DNA of 64,000 nucleotides from Bacteroidota bacterium (GCA_028288625.1 JAQBNI010000150.1:1584-65583); one strand, 5' to 3'; counted from the first letter of the stretch, positions 28,410-38,328 are shown. Numbers and translations: made by a program. Notes: generated by a model not told the origin, from the letters alone.

Positions 28410-29831
28410 CTATATTGCAACCATATATACAGGCGGTTGAACCACCTTGTAAACATCCGATTGAACACCAGCAACTGCATTCCTAAACATCTCCGCATTG
28501 TCAATAATTGTAGAGTTGTTATAAACATCCTTCATTTCCTTCTTTCGCACCGATGGGTGCGTTATGTTATCAATTACTTGGTTGGATATTCCATGTTGAA
28601 TAAGATTTGTATAAAACGATTTACGTCCCGTATGAGAATGGACTAACTCGTGAAATGGCTGATAGGTTACAGTAGGGGTATCGTTACCATAATACCATGT
28701 CTCTAATTTAACTACCTCTTCAAACTCCAAGTGTTTACACAGCTTCTTTAATTGGCGGTTCAGCGGTTGACCTTTAGGAAAGGTTGGGAATCTCCAACCG
28801 TTTTCCGAAAGAATGCGGTTTACGGGTTCTAATATTGGAATGCAGACCTTCACTTCTCTATTAACCTTTGATACTTTCCTGACCTTTGAAATGATACCTG
28901 TAAACGACACAGACCTACCATTAAATTGCTCGGTTTGCAATGAGTGTAATTCATACAGGTCGCCATATCGTAATCCAGTAAGAGCAGAAAGGATTATAAA
29001 GTTTCTTGCATTATTGAATTCGGAAGAATGAGCCACATCCGCATTCAGGATTTTGGTTAACCGTTCCTCGGTGTAGAAAATTTCATTAGCACTTTTCATT
29101 TCCTCGATATTCAATCCATCCTTATGAATATTAAGTGATACATTAATGTTGGCTTCCGATGCCAGACGCAAGAACATAAGGAATATGTTCGACAGCTTCG
29201 CCATGTAATTTACAGTATAACCGTTTAAGTCTTCCTTCTTTTTGTCATTATTCACCACAGTAAAGAATGACCAATACTTCTTTTCATCAAGGTTCTTAAA
29301 TGTAAGAGCAAGCTTTGCAATAGACTCATATTTTTTTAATAAGTTGAGGAAGACACTGTAGTTTTTAATTGTACCATCCGTAACATGTTTACGGGCTGTA
29401 ATTGGCAATTTCTGAAATTCTTTTATTTTGCCGTCAATGAAATTGACAATAGTTATGTCCTTTACCATCTTTTCCTTGCGCCCCAGTTTTACCTCAATGA
29501 TGTCTTTGAGTTGTTGCGGAGAAGGATTTTGTTCATGTTCTTCCCGATATGCCGTTAACGCTTGGTAAGAAATCTTCTGAATCCTGTCCAATTGATTATT
29601 CAAATCGGCTCCGAACTGACTGACATACTTCTTAACTGTTCGGTATGTGATAACATCCCAGTATTGTGGTTGAATGCGCTGTTGTGTACTGATTCGCATT
29701 GGAATGTATTGCATTCTATCGCTTGTAGCATTGTATTCACTATAACCATAGTTAAAGTTGAAGTAGATAAGCTTATCGCCGTTCTTTGATTTGTTAGATT
29801 CAAGGTTGAAGTTGTGTGTAGCTGTTTTCAT
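28410..29831 (-). CDS. tyrosine recombinase / phage-type integrase
   Basis: Bacteroidota arm-binding N-terminus (IYFNF...ST...I.P.YWD), SAM-like core, catalytic TGLRYGD, HTGRK, ITH and Y (DVY). Confidence 0.92.
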   Translation of the reverse strand: MKTATHNFNLESNKSKNGDKLIYFNFNYGYSEYNATSDRMQYIPMRISTQQRIQPQYWDVITYRTVKKYVSQFGADLNNQLDRIQKISYQALTAYREEHEQNPSPQQLKDIIEVKLGRKEKMVKDITIVNFIDGKIKEFQKLPITARKHVTDGTIKNYSVFLNLLKKYESIAKLALTFKNLDEKKYWSFFTVVNNDKKKEDLNGYTVNYMAKLSNIFLMFLRLASEANINVSLNIHKDGLNIEEMKSANEIFYTEERLTKILNADVAHSSEFNNARNFIILSALTGLRYGDLYELHSLQTEQFNGRSVSFTGIISKVRKVSKVNREVKVCIPILEPVNRILSENGWRFPTFPKGQPLNRQLKKLCKHLEFEEVVKLETWYYGNDTPTVTYQPFHELVHSHTGRKSFYTNLIQHGISNQVIDNITHPSVRKKEMKDVYNNSTIIDNAEMFRNAVAGVQSDVYKVVQPPVYMVAI

Positions 29832-29978
29832 ACGTATTAATTAACGTATTAAAACTACTAAATGATATGCAATAATGCAAGGTAAGTTGAGGATATATTT
29901 TCTGGGTCTCCCAGGTTTTATTGGGGTTTTGAGGCATGTTGCAGTTAGTTGAAGTGAATGGTGGTAATAGGGTTATAG

Positions 29979-29993
29979 TCCGCCATCGACCTC
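29979..29993 (+). repeat. att core (integrase-proximal), duplicated 3' end of tRNA-Cys
   Basis: TCCGCCATCGACCTC identical to 25139-25153. Confidence 0.92.
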
Positions 29994-30001
29994 TTCAAAA
30001 T

Positions 30002-30031
30002 GGCTGGACTTCGGTTCAGCCTTTTGTTTTT
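30002..30031 (+). terminator. displaced native tRNA terminator (may also serve the convergent gene)
   Basis: GGCTGGAC-TTCG-GTTCAGCC plus TTTTGTTTTT, 8 nt after the distal att core. Confidence 0.75.
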
Positions 30032-30038
30032 AAAGTTC

Positions 30039-32252
30039 TTAATGCTGAATAATAATCTTCTGAATTCCTTCTTTCACACCATCAGAAATTTTCAATAAAT
30101 ATATCCCATTAGAGATACTATTTGTATTGAGATCAATCGCTTGCACATTTTCAATTTTTTTATTGACGATTTGTTGACCTAATGAATTGAATAATTGCAG
30201 TTGAATATTTTTCGAGTTTTCATTTAAGTTAATTTGGAGATGATGGTCTGCCGGATTCGGATAAATTGTAAAGTTTAATTTTTCCGTGATACTGTTTTTA
30301 ATTGCAGTCGGGCGGAACGGAGGAGGATCCTGGCTGAAAATAATTAATCCGCCGTCTATATTTCCTGTAAGCAATTCCAGTTTTCCATCATTAGTTATAT
30401 CATCTATAACTGCTGTAGTTCTTGTGCCGAGATCCTCAGATACTGCAGGAGATGTTAATGAAAAAGAATCGTTCAAATGAGATTCAATATTATTATAAAA
30501 TTGCAAGCCCTCAAAATTTGTTCCCAGGATGAGATCATATTTTCCATCGTTATTTACATCTGCAATACAAGGTTGAGTAAATCCAAAATTACTGTTGACA
30601 CTTTTTATCCTGACTTTTCCCAGCGAATCCGTAACGAAAGAAAATTTTGCGCTATCCGCGGAAGTTCCGCGGTAATAGTCTAGGTTTCCGTTCCGTTCAC
30701 CGGTCACGAGATCAGTTTTTCCATCGCGGTTAAGGTCAATTAAATAAGGCGTTGCATTAGCCCCGATAGAAATTTCATTGCCTGCTGAGTCTTTTAAAAT
30801 ACCCCGATAGAATAGCAACGGAGGATTTCCCTGCGACGCAATATTCTCCCACCATAACATTCTTCCATCCGATAAACCAACAACGAGATCACTGTCATGA
30901 TCATTATCTATATCTCCTGCAGCAGGAAAAATATCTCTGACATTCAGATTGCTGATATTGAGAAAGTCATCATCCTGCAAATTGAATTCAGGATAATCTG
31001 ATGTACCGGTATTTTTATAATAACGCAATTTAAAAATATCCGAATTCATAAAATCTTTATATCCACCGCTGCCCAGTAAAATATCTTTTAATCCATCACC
31101 ATCGACATCAAAAAAACATGGATTTGAATTTTCACCCGCATCTATCATATTATCCAGCAGGAAATTTTTTTTCTGCAAACGAAGATCAATAGAATCGCTT
31201 CTTTGATTTTTATAATACCAGATATTATTGATATTTGCTGCATTCGCATCAAAAGTAGAGACAAGCAAATCCGTTTTTCCATCATTGTCAACATCAGTAA
31301 AATAAGGCGCTGCGAATGAACTTGTATTGTAAGGTACATCGTATGACGGGTAATTAACATCCTGTTTCAATACACTTGCATAAGAGGGAACTCCCTTGTT
31401 ATACAACATGGTTATCGAATTTAATGAAACACTTCCTACCAGTACATCTATTGCTCCATTGTTGTCTACATCAATGCCTTCAATAGTGGATCCTGTATGC
31501 AGAACGTTATTATTATTTGCAGGACGGTTAAATTTAAAACTGCAGGTATCTCTCAAAGCATACATGGCAGAAAATGTGTCGCGTACATTTCCCCAGCAGT
31601 TATCGCTTTTCGCAAAGAATAAACTATCACATGCCAGTCCCAATTCCACTCGCTGGTTTTCATAATAAATGATCCGGTTTCCGGAAACATTAAATGAAAT
31701 GATATCCGGGTCTCCATCATTATTTACATCGACGATAGCAGGTTTTATTACATCTGAGCAGTATACATTAATAAAGATCCCGGAGCCGTGGTAAAAAAAA
31801 CCATCCTGCTGCAGCGTGTAATTTAAAGTATCATGATCATAATATCCCGTATATACTTTTAAATTCCCGACACCATTGTAAGTGAAAATATCTTCAATTC
31901 CATCACAATTGTAATCCTTCATGATCATCCATCCGCTTATCGGCGGGAAATGAGTTGCATACGCAGATTCAAATTTGAAAACGGTAGAATTTGTTGCAAG
32001 ACTTAGAAAAACGCAGAATTTATTGTTTGACTTATCATATGCTACAAGATCTTTTTTACCGTCGTGGTTCACATCCGCTTTTCCAAACTGTACGCTGTTC
32101 AATCCACCTGTCCATGGATATTGTAAAACGCTGTTGTTGTCTGTTACTTTTAAATAATCAAATCTTGTGAAAGATTGCGCATACATGGTGAGCGACAGCA
32201 TACACTGCACGATGAACAAAAAGAATTTTATTTTTTTTATTGCGGAATTCAT
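30039..32252 (-). CDS. FG-GAP/VCBS repeat protein with T9SS type-A C-terminal sorting domain
   Basis: Signal peptide; many DxDxDGxxD loops (DVNHDGKKD, DVDGDGLKD, DLNRDGKTD); CTD IYPNP...LFNSLGQ...GIYLLKI...KIII. Confidence 0.9.
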   Translation of the reverse strand: MNSAIKKIKFFLFIVQCMLSLTMYAQSFTRFDYLKVTDNNSVLQYPWTGGLNSVQFGKADVNHDGKKDLVAYDKSNNKFCVFLSLATNSTVFKFESAYATHFPPISGWMIMKDYNCDGIEDIFTYNGVGNLKVYTGYYDHDTLNYTLQQDGFFYHGSGIFINVYCSDVIKPAIVDVNNDGDPDIISFNVSGNRIIYYENQRVELGLACDSLFFAKSDNCWGNVRDTFSAMYALRDTCSFKFNRPANNNNVLHTGSTIEGIDVDNNGAIDVLVGSVSLNSITMLYNKGVPSYASVLKQDVNYPSYDVPYNTSSFAAPYFTDVDNDGKTDLLVSTFDANAANINNIWYYKNQRSDSIDLRLQKKNFLLDNMIDAGENSNPCFFDVDGDGLKDILLGSGGYKDFMNSDIFKLRYYKNTGTSDYPEFNLQDDDFLNISNLNVRDIFPAAGDIDNDHDSDLVVGLSDGRMLWWENIASQGNPPLLFYRGILKDSAGNEISIGANATPYLIDLNRDGKTDLVTGERNGNLDYYRGTSADSAKFSFVTDSLGKVRIKSVNSNFGFTQPCIADVNNDGKYDLILGTNFEGLQFYNNIESHLNDSFSLTSPAVSEDLGTRTTAVIDDITNDGKLELLTGNIDGGLIIFSQDPPPFRPTAIKNSITEKLNFTIYPNPADHHLQINLNENSKNIQLQLFNSLGQQIVNKKIENVQAIDLNTNSISNGIYLLKISDGVKEGIQKIIIQH

Positions 32253-32308
32253 TTAATATAAGATCGACAAAGTTATGGAATGGTTGATGCGCAAATAAAA
32301 AAAAGTTT

Positions 32309-34822
32309 TTAAAAAGGATAACCAATGGCAAAATTCAACCCCACAAAATCTTTAAAGCTGAATTTATAAAATCCAAGCGATTCCTTTCTCGGTTGCTTGT
32401 ATAACTTGTAGTTATCATTGTTGATCTTATTAAAGGTCCACCTGTCACCTGCAGGAAAAGCCGGATCATACAGCGCGTAACCAACATCAAAGCGTACAAC
32501 GAAAAAGTTGAGATCCATGCGTAAGCCGATTCCCATATCCCATGCGAGTTCTTTGGCAAAACGCTTGGCATCAAAATTCGCAAGCGGTTTCGTCGGATCC
32601 TCCTTGATCAGCCATATATTTCCAAGATCAGAAAATATCACACCCTTAAAAGATTTATAAATACTAAAACGGTATTCTACATTAAATTCAAATTTAATAT
32701 CACCTGTCTGGTCGAGATTATTTCTATTCAGCAAATACGTATTATATCCACCGGGTCCCAATCTGCGGAAACCCCAGCCCCGCAAGGAGTTTGGACCGCC
32801 TGCAAAGAATTGTTTGATGTAGGGCATCACGGCAGTATCGCGGTAAGTAGAATTTCCATATGGAATGCCGATGCCGCCAAACACCCGTAATGCCAGCGCT
32901 TGCCCGCGCTTGAAATTAAAGAAATACCGTGGCTCAACTTCGAACCGTGTGAACTGCGCAAAGTTGACGCCGCCTAATTTATATGGTCGTTCTTGTCCCT
33001 TATGTGTGATAGAAGAAAAGGCGAACAGAATATTTCCTGCGAGAAAAACATTTCCCCTGAAATAAAAATAATTCTTATATCTCCCCACATTTAAATTTTG
33101 ATTCGTATATGAGAAAGTATATTCCTGTCCCATGATAAACTGCTGACTGAAACTTTGCTTGAAGCGCGGGTTACTGTCGAGTTCCTGTTGGAAAAGTGTA
33201 CTTATCCTGCTTGGGAAAACATAAGTAAAACTCAGCGGTGTAAAAATATGCCTGTATTTTTCATTGTACCATTCGTAGCCATAGCTTGCCCCGATCGTTT
33301 GTATATTATATAAGCCGATCCTCTTTTGAAAATTGTAATTCAAGCTTACAAAAGTTTTCGGTCGATATTTTTGATTCGTAACACATTTATTCTTTTTAAA
33401 TGAAGGGAAGAGACGGGCTAAATTAATCTTTAATTCAACGTTCAGGTTTACTGCATTAACTGCGTTATTATCTACACGCTTTTCCTTGATCAGCTGAAAT
33501 TCAACACCGCTGCTCACGTTGATCTGCAGTTTTGCAGCAGTTCTGAATAAATTATTATTGCGGTACGAGCCTACGAGGTTGAATCCAAGCGTACTTTGTG
33601 CATTTGTATTCAACTCCACATCTGTGCTGAATGCGTGGCGTTTCGCAGGAGCACATTTTATTGTCGTATACAAACCGCTTTCATCGGGAGAAATAGAGAT
33701 CGGCACATGCTCAACATTCACAAACCTGAATACGCCTAAGCCGTTGATTGCATTACGAGTTTTCAGCAGCTGATCTTTATTGAAATAATCCCCGGGCTTA
33801 ATGTAAACTGCCTTCGTTAGAGCGCGCGGTAAAACGGATTTTTTTAAAACACGGTAATACACGTCGCAAATCGTATCGTAAATAAAATCATTGCGTTTTA
33901 ATTCAAGGTTCGCTTTTTTCTTTGAAAAATCCAAGACCTCGAAATTCACTTCCACGTAAGAATATTTTTTGTGGTTGAGCGTATCTTCATCTTTTTTCAC
34001 GATAAGATTTATATCTATTTTGTGATCGCCGACGGTGCTATCAATATTTAAAAATATATACTCGGGACTAAATGTAAAATATCCCTGGTTTTGTATGATG
34101 TCTGCAAGACGCTCACGCTCTTTTTTTACAATATCGATATCAAACGGATCTCCCTTTCTCAACAGCCGGTCTTTTGGATTCTTCATTACAAATTCTAACA
34201 ACGAACTATCCTCAACAGATAAAGTGATATTCCTGTAAGTGAATTGCGGGCCTGAAATAATTTTATAGCTCACGGAAGTTTTCTTTCCCTTTGTTTTAAA
34301 GGAAGAAGTAACATCGCTGTAAAAAAAACCATGATAAAATAAATAATTCCTCATCCGCCTGATCGAAGTTTCCATGGTCGTGGAATCAAAGAGGACCGGA
34401 GGTTCCCCGCCGGTAGTTTCATTCAGGAAGTTTTCGAATTTCTTTTTCTTCAATAATTTTACCAGCTCCATCGAATCGCTTTTGGTATAATTGCCGGAAT
34501 TTATTTTTGCTTCGAGCTCTTGTTTCTTTACGAGGCGTTTTTGATTTTTCAGCATCGACATGGTGTAAATGCCAAGTTTTAGACGAAACAAACTGAGGAA
34601 TTTTTTATTGGGCTGTTGGTTATAAACTACCTGTTTTCCTAATTCGGATTTGAGCGTGGCTTTATCGCTGACAACCTTGCCTGTATATTTTATATTGATC
34701 CCATTGCCGACCAACAAGCTTTCATTATCCTTGATCAGGTGTTTGGTAGCACTACAGGAATAGATCAGCAACACGCACACTACATATCCTATTTTTTTAC
34801 ATCTTTGAAATGAATATGGCAT
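32309..34822 (-). CDS. tamL: BamA/TamA-family outer membrane lipoprotein (TamL-like)
   Basis: Lipobox LLIYSC, POTRA region, FFAGGPNSLRGW, G.GLR.D, C-terminal FAIGYPF; divergent from a TrmH gene as in other Bacteroidota. Confidence 0.85.
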   Translation of the reverse strand: MPYSFQRCKKIGYVVCVLLIYSCSATKHLIKDNESLLVGNGINIKYTGKVVSDKATLKSELGKQVVYNQQPNKKFLSLFRLKLGIYTMSMLKNQKRLVKKQELEAKINSGNYTKSDSMELVKLLKKKKFENFLNETTGGEPPVLFDSTTMETSIRRMRNYLFYHGFFYSDVTSSFKTKGKKTSVSYKIISGPQFTYRNITLSVEDSSLLEFVMKNPKDRLLRKGDPFDIDIVKKERERLADIIQNQGYFTFSPEYIFLNIDSTVGDHKIDINLIVKKDEDTLNHKKYSYVEVNFEVLDFSKKKANLELKRNDFIYDTICDVYYRVLKKSVLPRALTKAVYIKPGDYFNKDQLLKTRNAINGLGVFRFVNVEHVPISISPDESGLYTTIKCAPAKRHAFSTDVELNTNAQSTLGFNLVGSYRNNNLFRTAAKLQINVSSGVEFQLIKEKRVDNNAVNAVNLNVELKINLARLFPSFKKNKCVTNQKYRPKTFVSLNYNFQKRIGLYNIQTIGASYGYEWYNEKYRHIFTPLSFTYVFPSRISTLFQQELDSNPRFKQSFSQQFIMGQEYTFSYTNQNLNVGRYKNYFYFRGNVFLAGNILFAFSSITHKGQERPYKLGGVNFAQFTRFEVEPRYFFNFKRGQALALRVFGGIGIPYGNSTYRDTAVMPYIKQFFAGGPNSLRGWGFRRLGPGGYNTYLLNRNNLDQTGDIKFEFNVEYRFSIYKSFKGVIFSDLGNIWLIKEDPTKPLANFDAKRFAKELAWDMGIGLRMDLNFFVVRFDVGYALYDPAFPAGDRWTFNKINNDNYKLYKQPRKESLGFYKFSFKDFVGLNFAIGYPF

Positions 34823-34825
34823 ATT

Positions 34826-35539
34826 ATGATCAGCAAAATTGAAATTAAACACATTAATGCGCTTAAAGTTAAGAAATACCGTAATAAGTATTCTGAATTT
34901 ATAGCGGAAGGCGATAAAATTATAAAAGAATTAATAGAGGAGGGGCTGCAAGTTGTGAACATCTTCACCATAAATGAAAATAGCATTCTTCAGAATAAAA
35001 ATATTAAAGTTGTTAGTGATGCCGAACTCTCCATGATATCTGCATTGACGAAGCATCATGGAAGCTTAGCAGTATTCAGGATGCAAAAGAAGGAAATGCA
35101 GATCGCTAATGATGAATGGATATTGTTGTTGGATGATATCCAGGACCCCGGTAACATGGGAACGATCATCAGGACGTGCGATTGGTTCGGAATTAAAAAG
35201 ATCATTTGTTCAGATGGATGTGTGGATGTATACAATCCTAAAGTGGTGCAGGCAAGTATGGCTTCGATTGGAAGAGTGCAGGTAATGGAAGCTGACCTGA
35301 AGGAAATTATACAGGAATATAAAATGTCGGTGTACGGTGCGATATTAAACGGCAAAAATTACAACGAGCAATCATTTAAAGAGAAAGGATTTATTTTGAT
35401 CGGAAATGAAGGACATGGAATTAACAATGATCTTGAAACATTGATTACTTATCGAATTACAATCCCGAAAAAAGGTAGAGCTGAGTCGTTGAATGCCGCA
35501 ATTGCTACAGCTTTGATATTAGATAAGCTTTCTATTTAA
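34826..35539 (+). CDS. TrmH/SpoU-family RNA methyltransferase
   Basis: IQDPGNMGTIIRT, GNEGHG, AESLNAA motifs. Confidence 0.93.
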   Translation: MISKIEIKHINALKVKKYRNKYSEFIAEGDKIIKELIEEGLQVVNIFTINENSILQNKNIKVVSDAELSMISALTKHHGSLAVFRMQKKEMQIANDEWILLLDDIQDPGNMGTIIRTCDWFGIKKIICSDGCVDVYNPKVVQASMASIGRVQVMEADLKEIIQEYKMSVYGAILNGKNYNEQSFKEKGFILIGNEGHGINNDLETLITYRITIPKKGRAESLNAAIATALILDKLSI

Positions 35540-36225
35540 ATAATTAATTCGCCGTTGGCATTTGTAGTTAATACTTCGCTCATGTAATCAAAATAAATTT
35601 TCACGGCTTTAAAAATTCCATTTACTTGTTTCAGGAAGTTTTCAGAAACAACTTCACTATCCTTAAAATCATGTCGTAAAATAAATTGTTTATGTCGAAG
35701 TAATTCGATAGCAGGGTCGTCTTTTTGAAAACCTCTTGGAGCAGATGCAAGTGTTTCTCCCTGCAAACCTCCGAAATTATTTTTAATGACTTTTGAGTTT
35801 AGTATCTTTTTCCAGGTATCATAATTATAAGAAATATCTTCCCGGATTCTTTTTAGATCTTCAGGATTGGGTGAAAAAAATCCGCACGCAAGATAGGAGT
35901 TGCCGGGTTTGATACTCATATAATATCCACCTCTTCGGTGTCTTGTGGCTCTTCGCAAACTGAATGCAAATCTTGGATTATACGGAGATTTATCCTTGCT
36001 GAACCTGACATCATTATAAATGCGATATAAACTTTGCTTGCCCGATGCATTTTCAATTTGATCATGTTTGTTCATTTCAATAATAAGTCCATCCACAAAC
36101 ATGCTCATATTTTGTAAAGCATCCTGGTAAGTCGTTTTATGAGTATTAAACCAATCCCTGTTATTGCTTGCTGAAAGTTCTTTCAGAAATTTTAATGTTG
36201 ATTTATCTATCACCTGATTTTTCAT
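35536..36225 (-). CDS. DUF2461 family protein
   Basis: FLKEL..NNRDWF, YRIYNDVRFSKDKSPY, PRGF motifs. Confidence 0.85.
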   Translation of the reverse strand: MKNQVIDKSTLKFLKELSASNNRDWFNTHKTTYQDALQNMSMFVDGLIIEMNKHDQIENASGKQSLYRIYNDVRFSKDKSPYNPRFAFSLRRATRHRRGGYYMSIKPGNSYLACGFFSPNPEDLKRIREDISYNYDTWKKILNSKVIKNNFGGLQGETLASAPRGFQKDDPAIELLRHKQFILRHDFKDSEVVSENFLKQVNGIFKAVKIYFDYMSEVLTTNANGELII

Positions 36226-37178
36226 TTCTTTGGAGTTGTTGTTTTAGGTTTATATAACTCCAGGGATTTTTTCTTTTCTACATTAGGCACATCGCCTTCC
36301 TTGCGTTTCTGATAAGCAATTTCATCCACATGTCGCCACTTTCCTTTCTTCCATTCAAACCCTTCATAAGTTCCATCGGGAATATAGTTTGCATAAAAAC
36401 CCTCCAGTGAATTTCCATTAGGCGCCACATGATCATACACAATTTTTTTATCCGCTTCACTGTAATTCATGGTCGCCACTGCATCATCGGAAAATTCAAG
36501 TATAAAGCGCTTTACAGTTTTTCCTTTTTCCGGCTGAATGATCGGTGCGCCAAACCGCGGCTTATCATTTTTGAAAAAAAGTATATCCATTATTTTTTTG
36601 TTGCTTGTCATATTATTTCCATCCCACCCCAATAATGTGTAATAGATATTTTTCCCTGCTTTCACCGTTTTAATTCCATAGTATAAACTTCCGTACCAAT
36701 TGTTGTTATCAATCGTCACCTGTTCAGGATCGGCAGTAAAATCAGAGTAATCAATCAACGGAAACATCTTCAGCGTATCAGACCTCATTTGTATGGTGCC
36801 AAAATATTTATACGCCTCAATATCACTGCGCACATACCATGTAAAGATCCTGAATGAACCATCTTCCGGTGTGATGATCTTCCAGGGCAGGAGAGAGTCC
36901 CAGGTGTAATAAAAAGAGTTAGGTATTTTTAATGCTCTTGTCAAAGCTCTGATAATACGGAAACTTGCAATTGACCTATTCTCCTGCATCTGGCTATTGA
37001 TCAAAGTATCTCCGTACATACGGATCGTATCTTCAAATTTTTTTATTTTTTGCAGATCCTGCACAGAAACTTGCGGAATCGTCTGGGCATTTGAATAAAT
37101 TGTAACAGCAATAAAAATTATAGTGAAATTAATTTTCAGAAAATTCCTTTTCAAAAATAACGAAGCAAAAATATTCAT
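36222..37178 (-). CDS. exported conserved hypothetical protein
   Basis: Signal peptide; NWYGSLYY, YTLLGWDGN, IVYDH, PDGTYEGF motifs. Confidence 0.75.
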   Translation of the reverse strand: MNIFASLFLKRNFLKINFTIIFIAVTIYSNAQTIPQVSVQDLQKIKKFEDTIRMYGDTLINSQMQENRSIASFRIIRALTRALKIPNSFYYTWDSLLPWKIITPEDGSFRIFTWYVRSDIEAYKYFGTIQMRSDTLKMFPLIDYSDFTADPEQVTIDNNNWYGSLYYGIKTVKAGKNIYYTLLGWDGNNMTSNKKIMDILFFKNDKPRFGAPIIQPEKGKTVKRFILEFSDDAVATMNYSEADKKIVYDHVAPNGNSLEGFYANYIPDGTYEGFEWKKGKWRHVDEIAYQKRKEGDVPNVEKKKSLELYKPKTTTPKK

Positions 37179-37353
37179 ATGCGAATCAATTTTTTAATAA
37201 GCGGAATGGCTATTATCTACACTCAAAATCAATACCAAAAATAACGTTATTATAGTAATTAAAGTATTTATAAGAAGACAGGAGATATAAATCTTGTTAA
37301 TTCCATGCTTTTACATAAGTGCAGACATAAAAACAAAATAATATCTTTGCCGT

Positions 37354-38313
37354 ATGCCCCTGGGTTCCTATGAAAATATATTCCTGCAATTTCCGCCATC
37401 TTCTCCCGAAGAATGGAAGCATAAAATCATGAGCGATCTTAAAGGAGAGCCAATTGATAAGATATCCATCCATACCAGGGAAGGAATAGATATTTTGCCT
37501 TTTTACACGCGCGAAGACAATAAGAAATATCAGCTCGATATCCCGCAAAAGACCAATAACAGCTGGTTGATCACAGAACGAATAACGGTTAATGATATTT
37601 CTTCTGCTAACCTGAATGCATTGCAGGCATTGAAAATGGGATCGAATGCTATCATTTTTGATCTGCAAAATAGATCCTTAAAGACAAACGAAATTAAAGA
37701 TCTGCTCAAAGATATTTTGTTGGATATCGCTGTTGTTTATTTTGAAAATTATATTGCCGGGAATAAAGATGAATTGGAAAGTGTTGTAAAAGAGAGTTGC
37801 ACAAAGAAAATAATAATTCCAAAACAGGAAACCATCACGGAAGAATTAGTTTTTGCCTTGCAGCATGCAACGGACAATAATTTGAATGTTACCCATTTTC
37901 ATTTCTTTACATGCACTGATTATTTTTTTGAGATCGCGAAGCTGAGAGCCTTTCGCTGGTTGTGGAAACAGTTGTGCGAACTCAACAGTATTCCCTATAA
38001 TATCTTTATCATTTCTGAAACAGTAGTACTTCACGATAAAGAAAAAGAAGAATACAATAATATCCTTAGAAATACTACCGAAGCCATGAGTGCAATCCTG
38101 GGTGGCTGCGATGCGCTGATCGTAAACAGTCACGATAAAAATGAAACAGGATTCAGTCGCAGACTAGCCCGCAACATTCACCATATTCTACTGCATGAAA
38201 GTTACTTCGATGAAATAAATGATGCCGCCAAAGGAAGTTACTATATTGAATACCTCACTTATCAATTCGCACAGAAAGCATGGGAATTAGTCTCGTTAAA
38301 AAAAACAAGGTGA
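37354..38313 (+). CDS. methylmalonyl-CoA mutase small-subunit-like protein (short form)
   Basis: F.P....WK.KI..DLKG, EGI.I.PFY, YFFEIAKLRAFR.LW, N.LR.TTEAMSAILGG.D, GSYYIE.LT motifs; no B12-binding domain. Confidence 0.8.
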   Translation: MPLGSYENIFLQFPPSSPEEWKHKIMSDLKGEPIDKISIHTREGIDILPFYTREDNKKYQLDIPQKTNNSWLITERITVNDISSANLNALQALKMGSNAIIFDLQNRSLKTNEIKDLLKDILLDIAVVYFENYIAGNKDELESVVKESCTKKIIIPKQETITEELVFALQHATDNNLNVTHFHFFTCTDYFFEIAKLRAFRWLWKQLCELNSIPYNIFIISETVVLHDKEKEEYNNILRNTTEAMSAILGGCDALIVNSHDKNETGFSRRLARNIHHILLHESYFDEINDAAKGSYYIEYLTYQFAQKAWELVSLKKTR

Positions 38314-38328
38314 ACCAAAATGAGCGCC

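Larger units (their letters stand above)
25139..29993. mobile_element. 4.84-kb integrative element in tRNA-Cys (integrase, Xis-like, XRE, HUH Rep-like, cargo)
   Basis: 15-bp direct repeat TCCGCCATCGACCTC at both ends, tyrosine integrase next to the distal copy, matching arm-type repeats at both ends, no GATC seen inside. Confidence 0.93.

Noticed and set aside
25139-29993. Complete prophage, inovirus or ICE
   Set aside because: No terminase, capsid, tail, Zot-like ATPase, T4SS or MOB relaxase genes between the att sites
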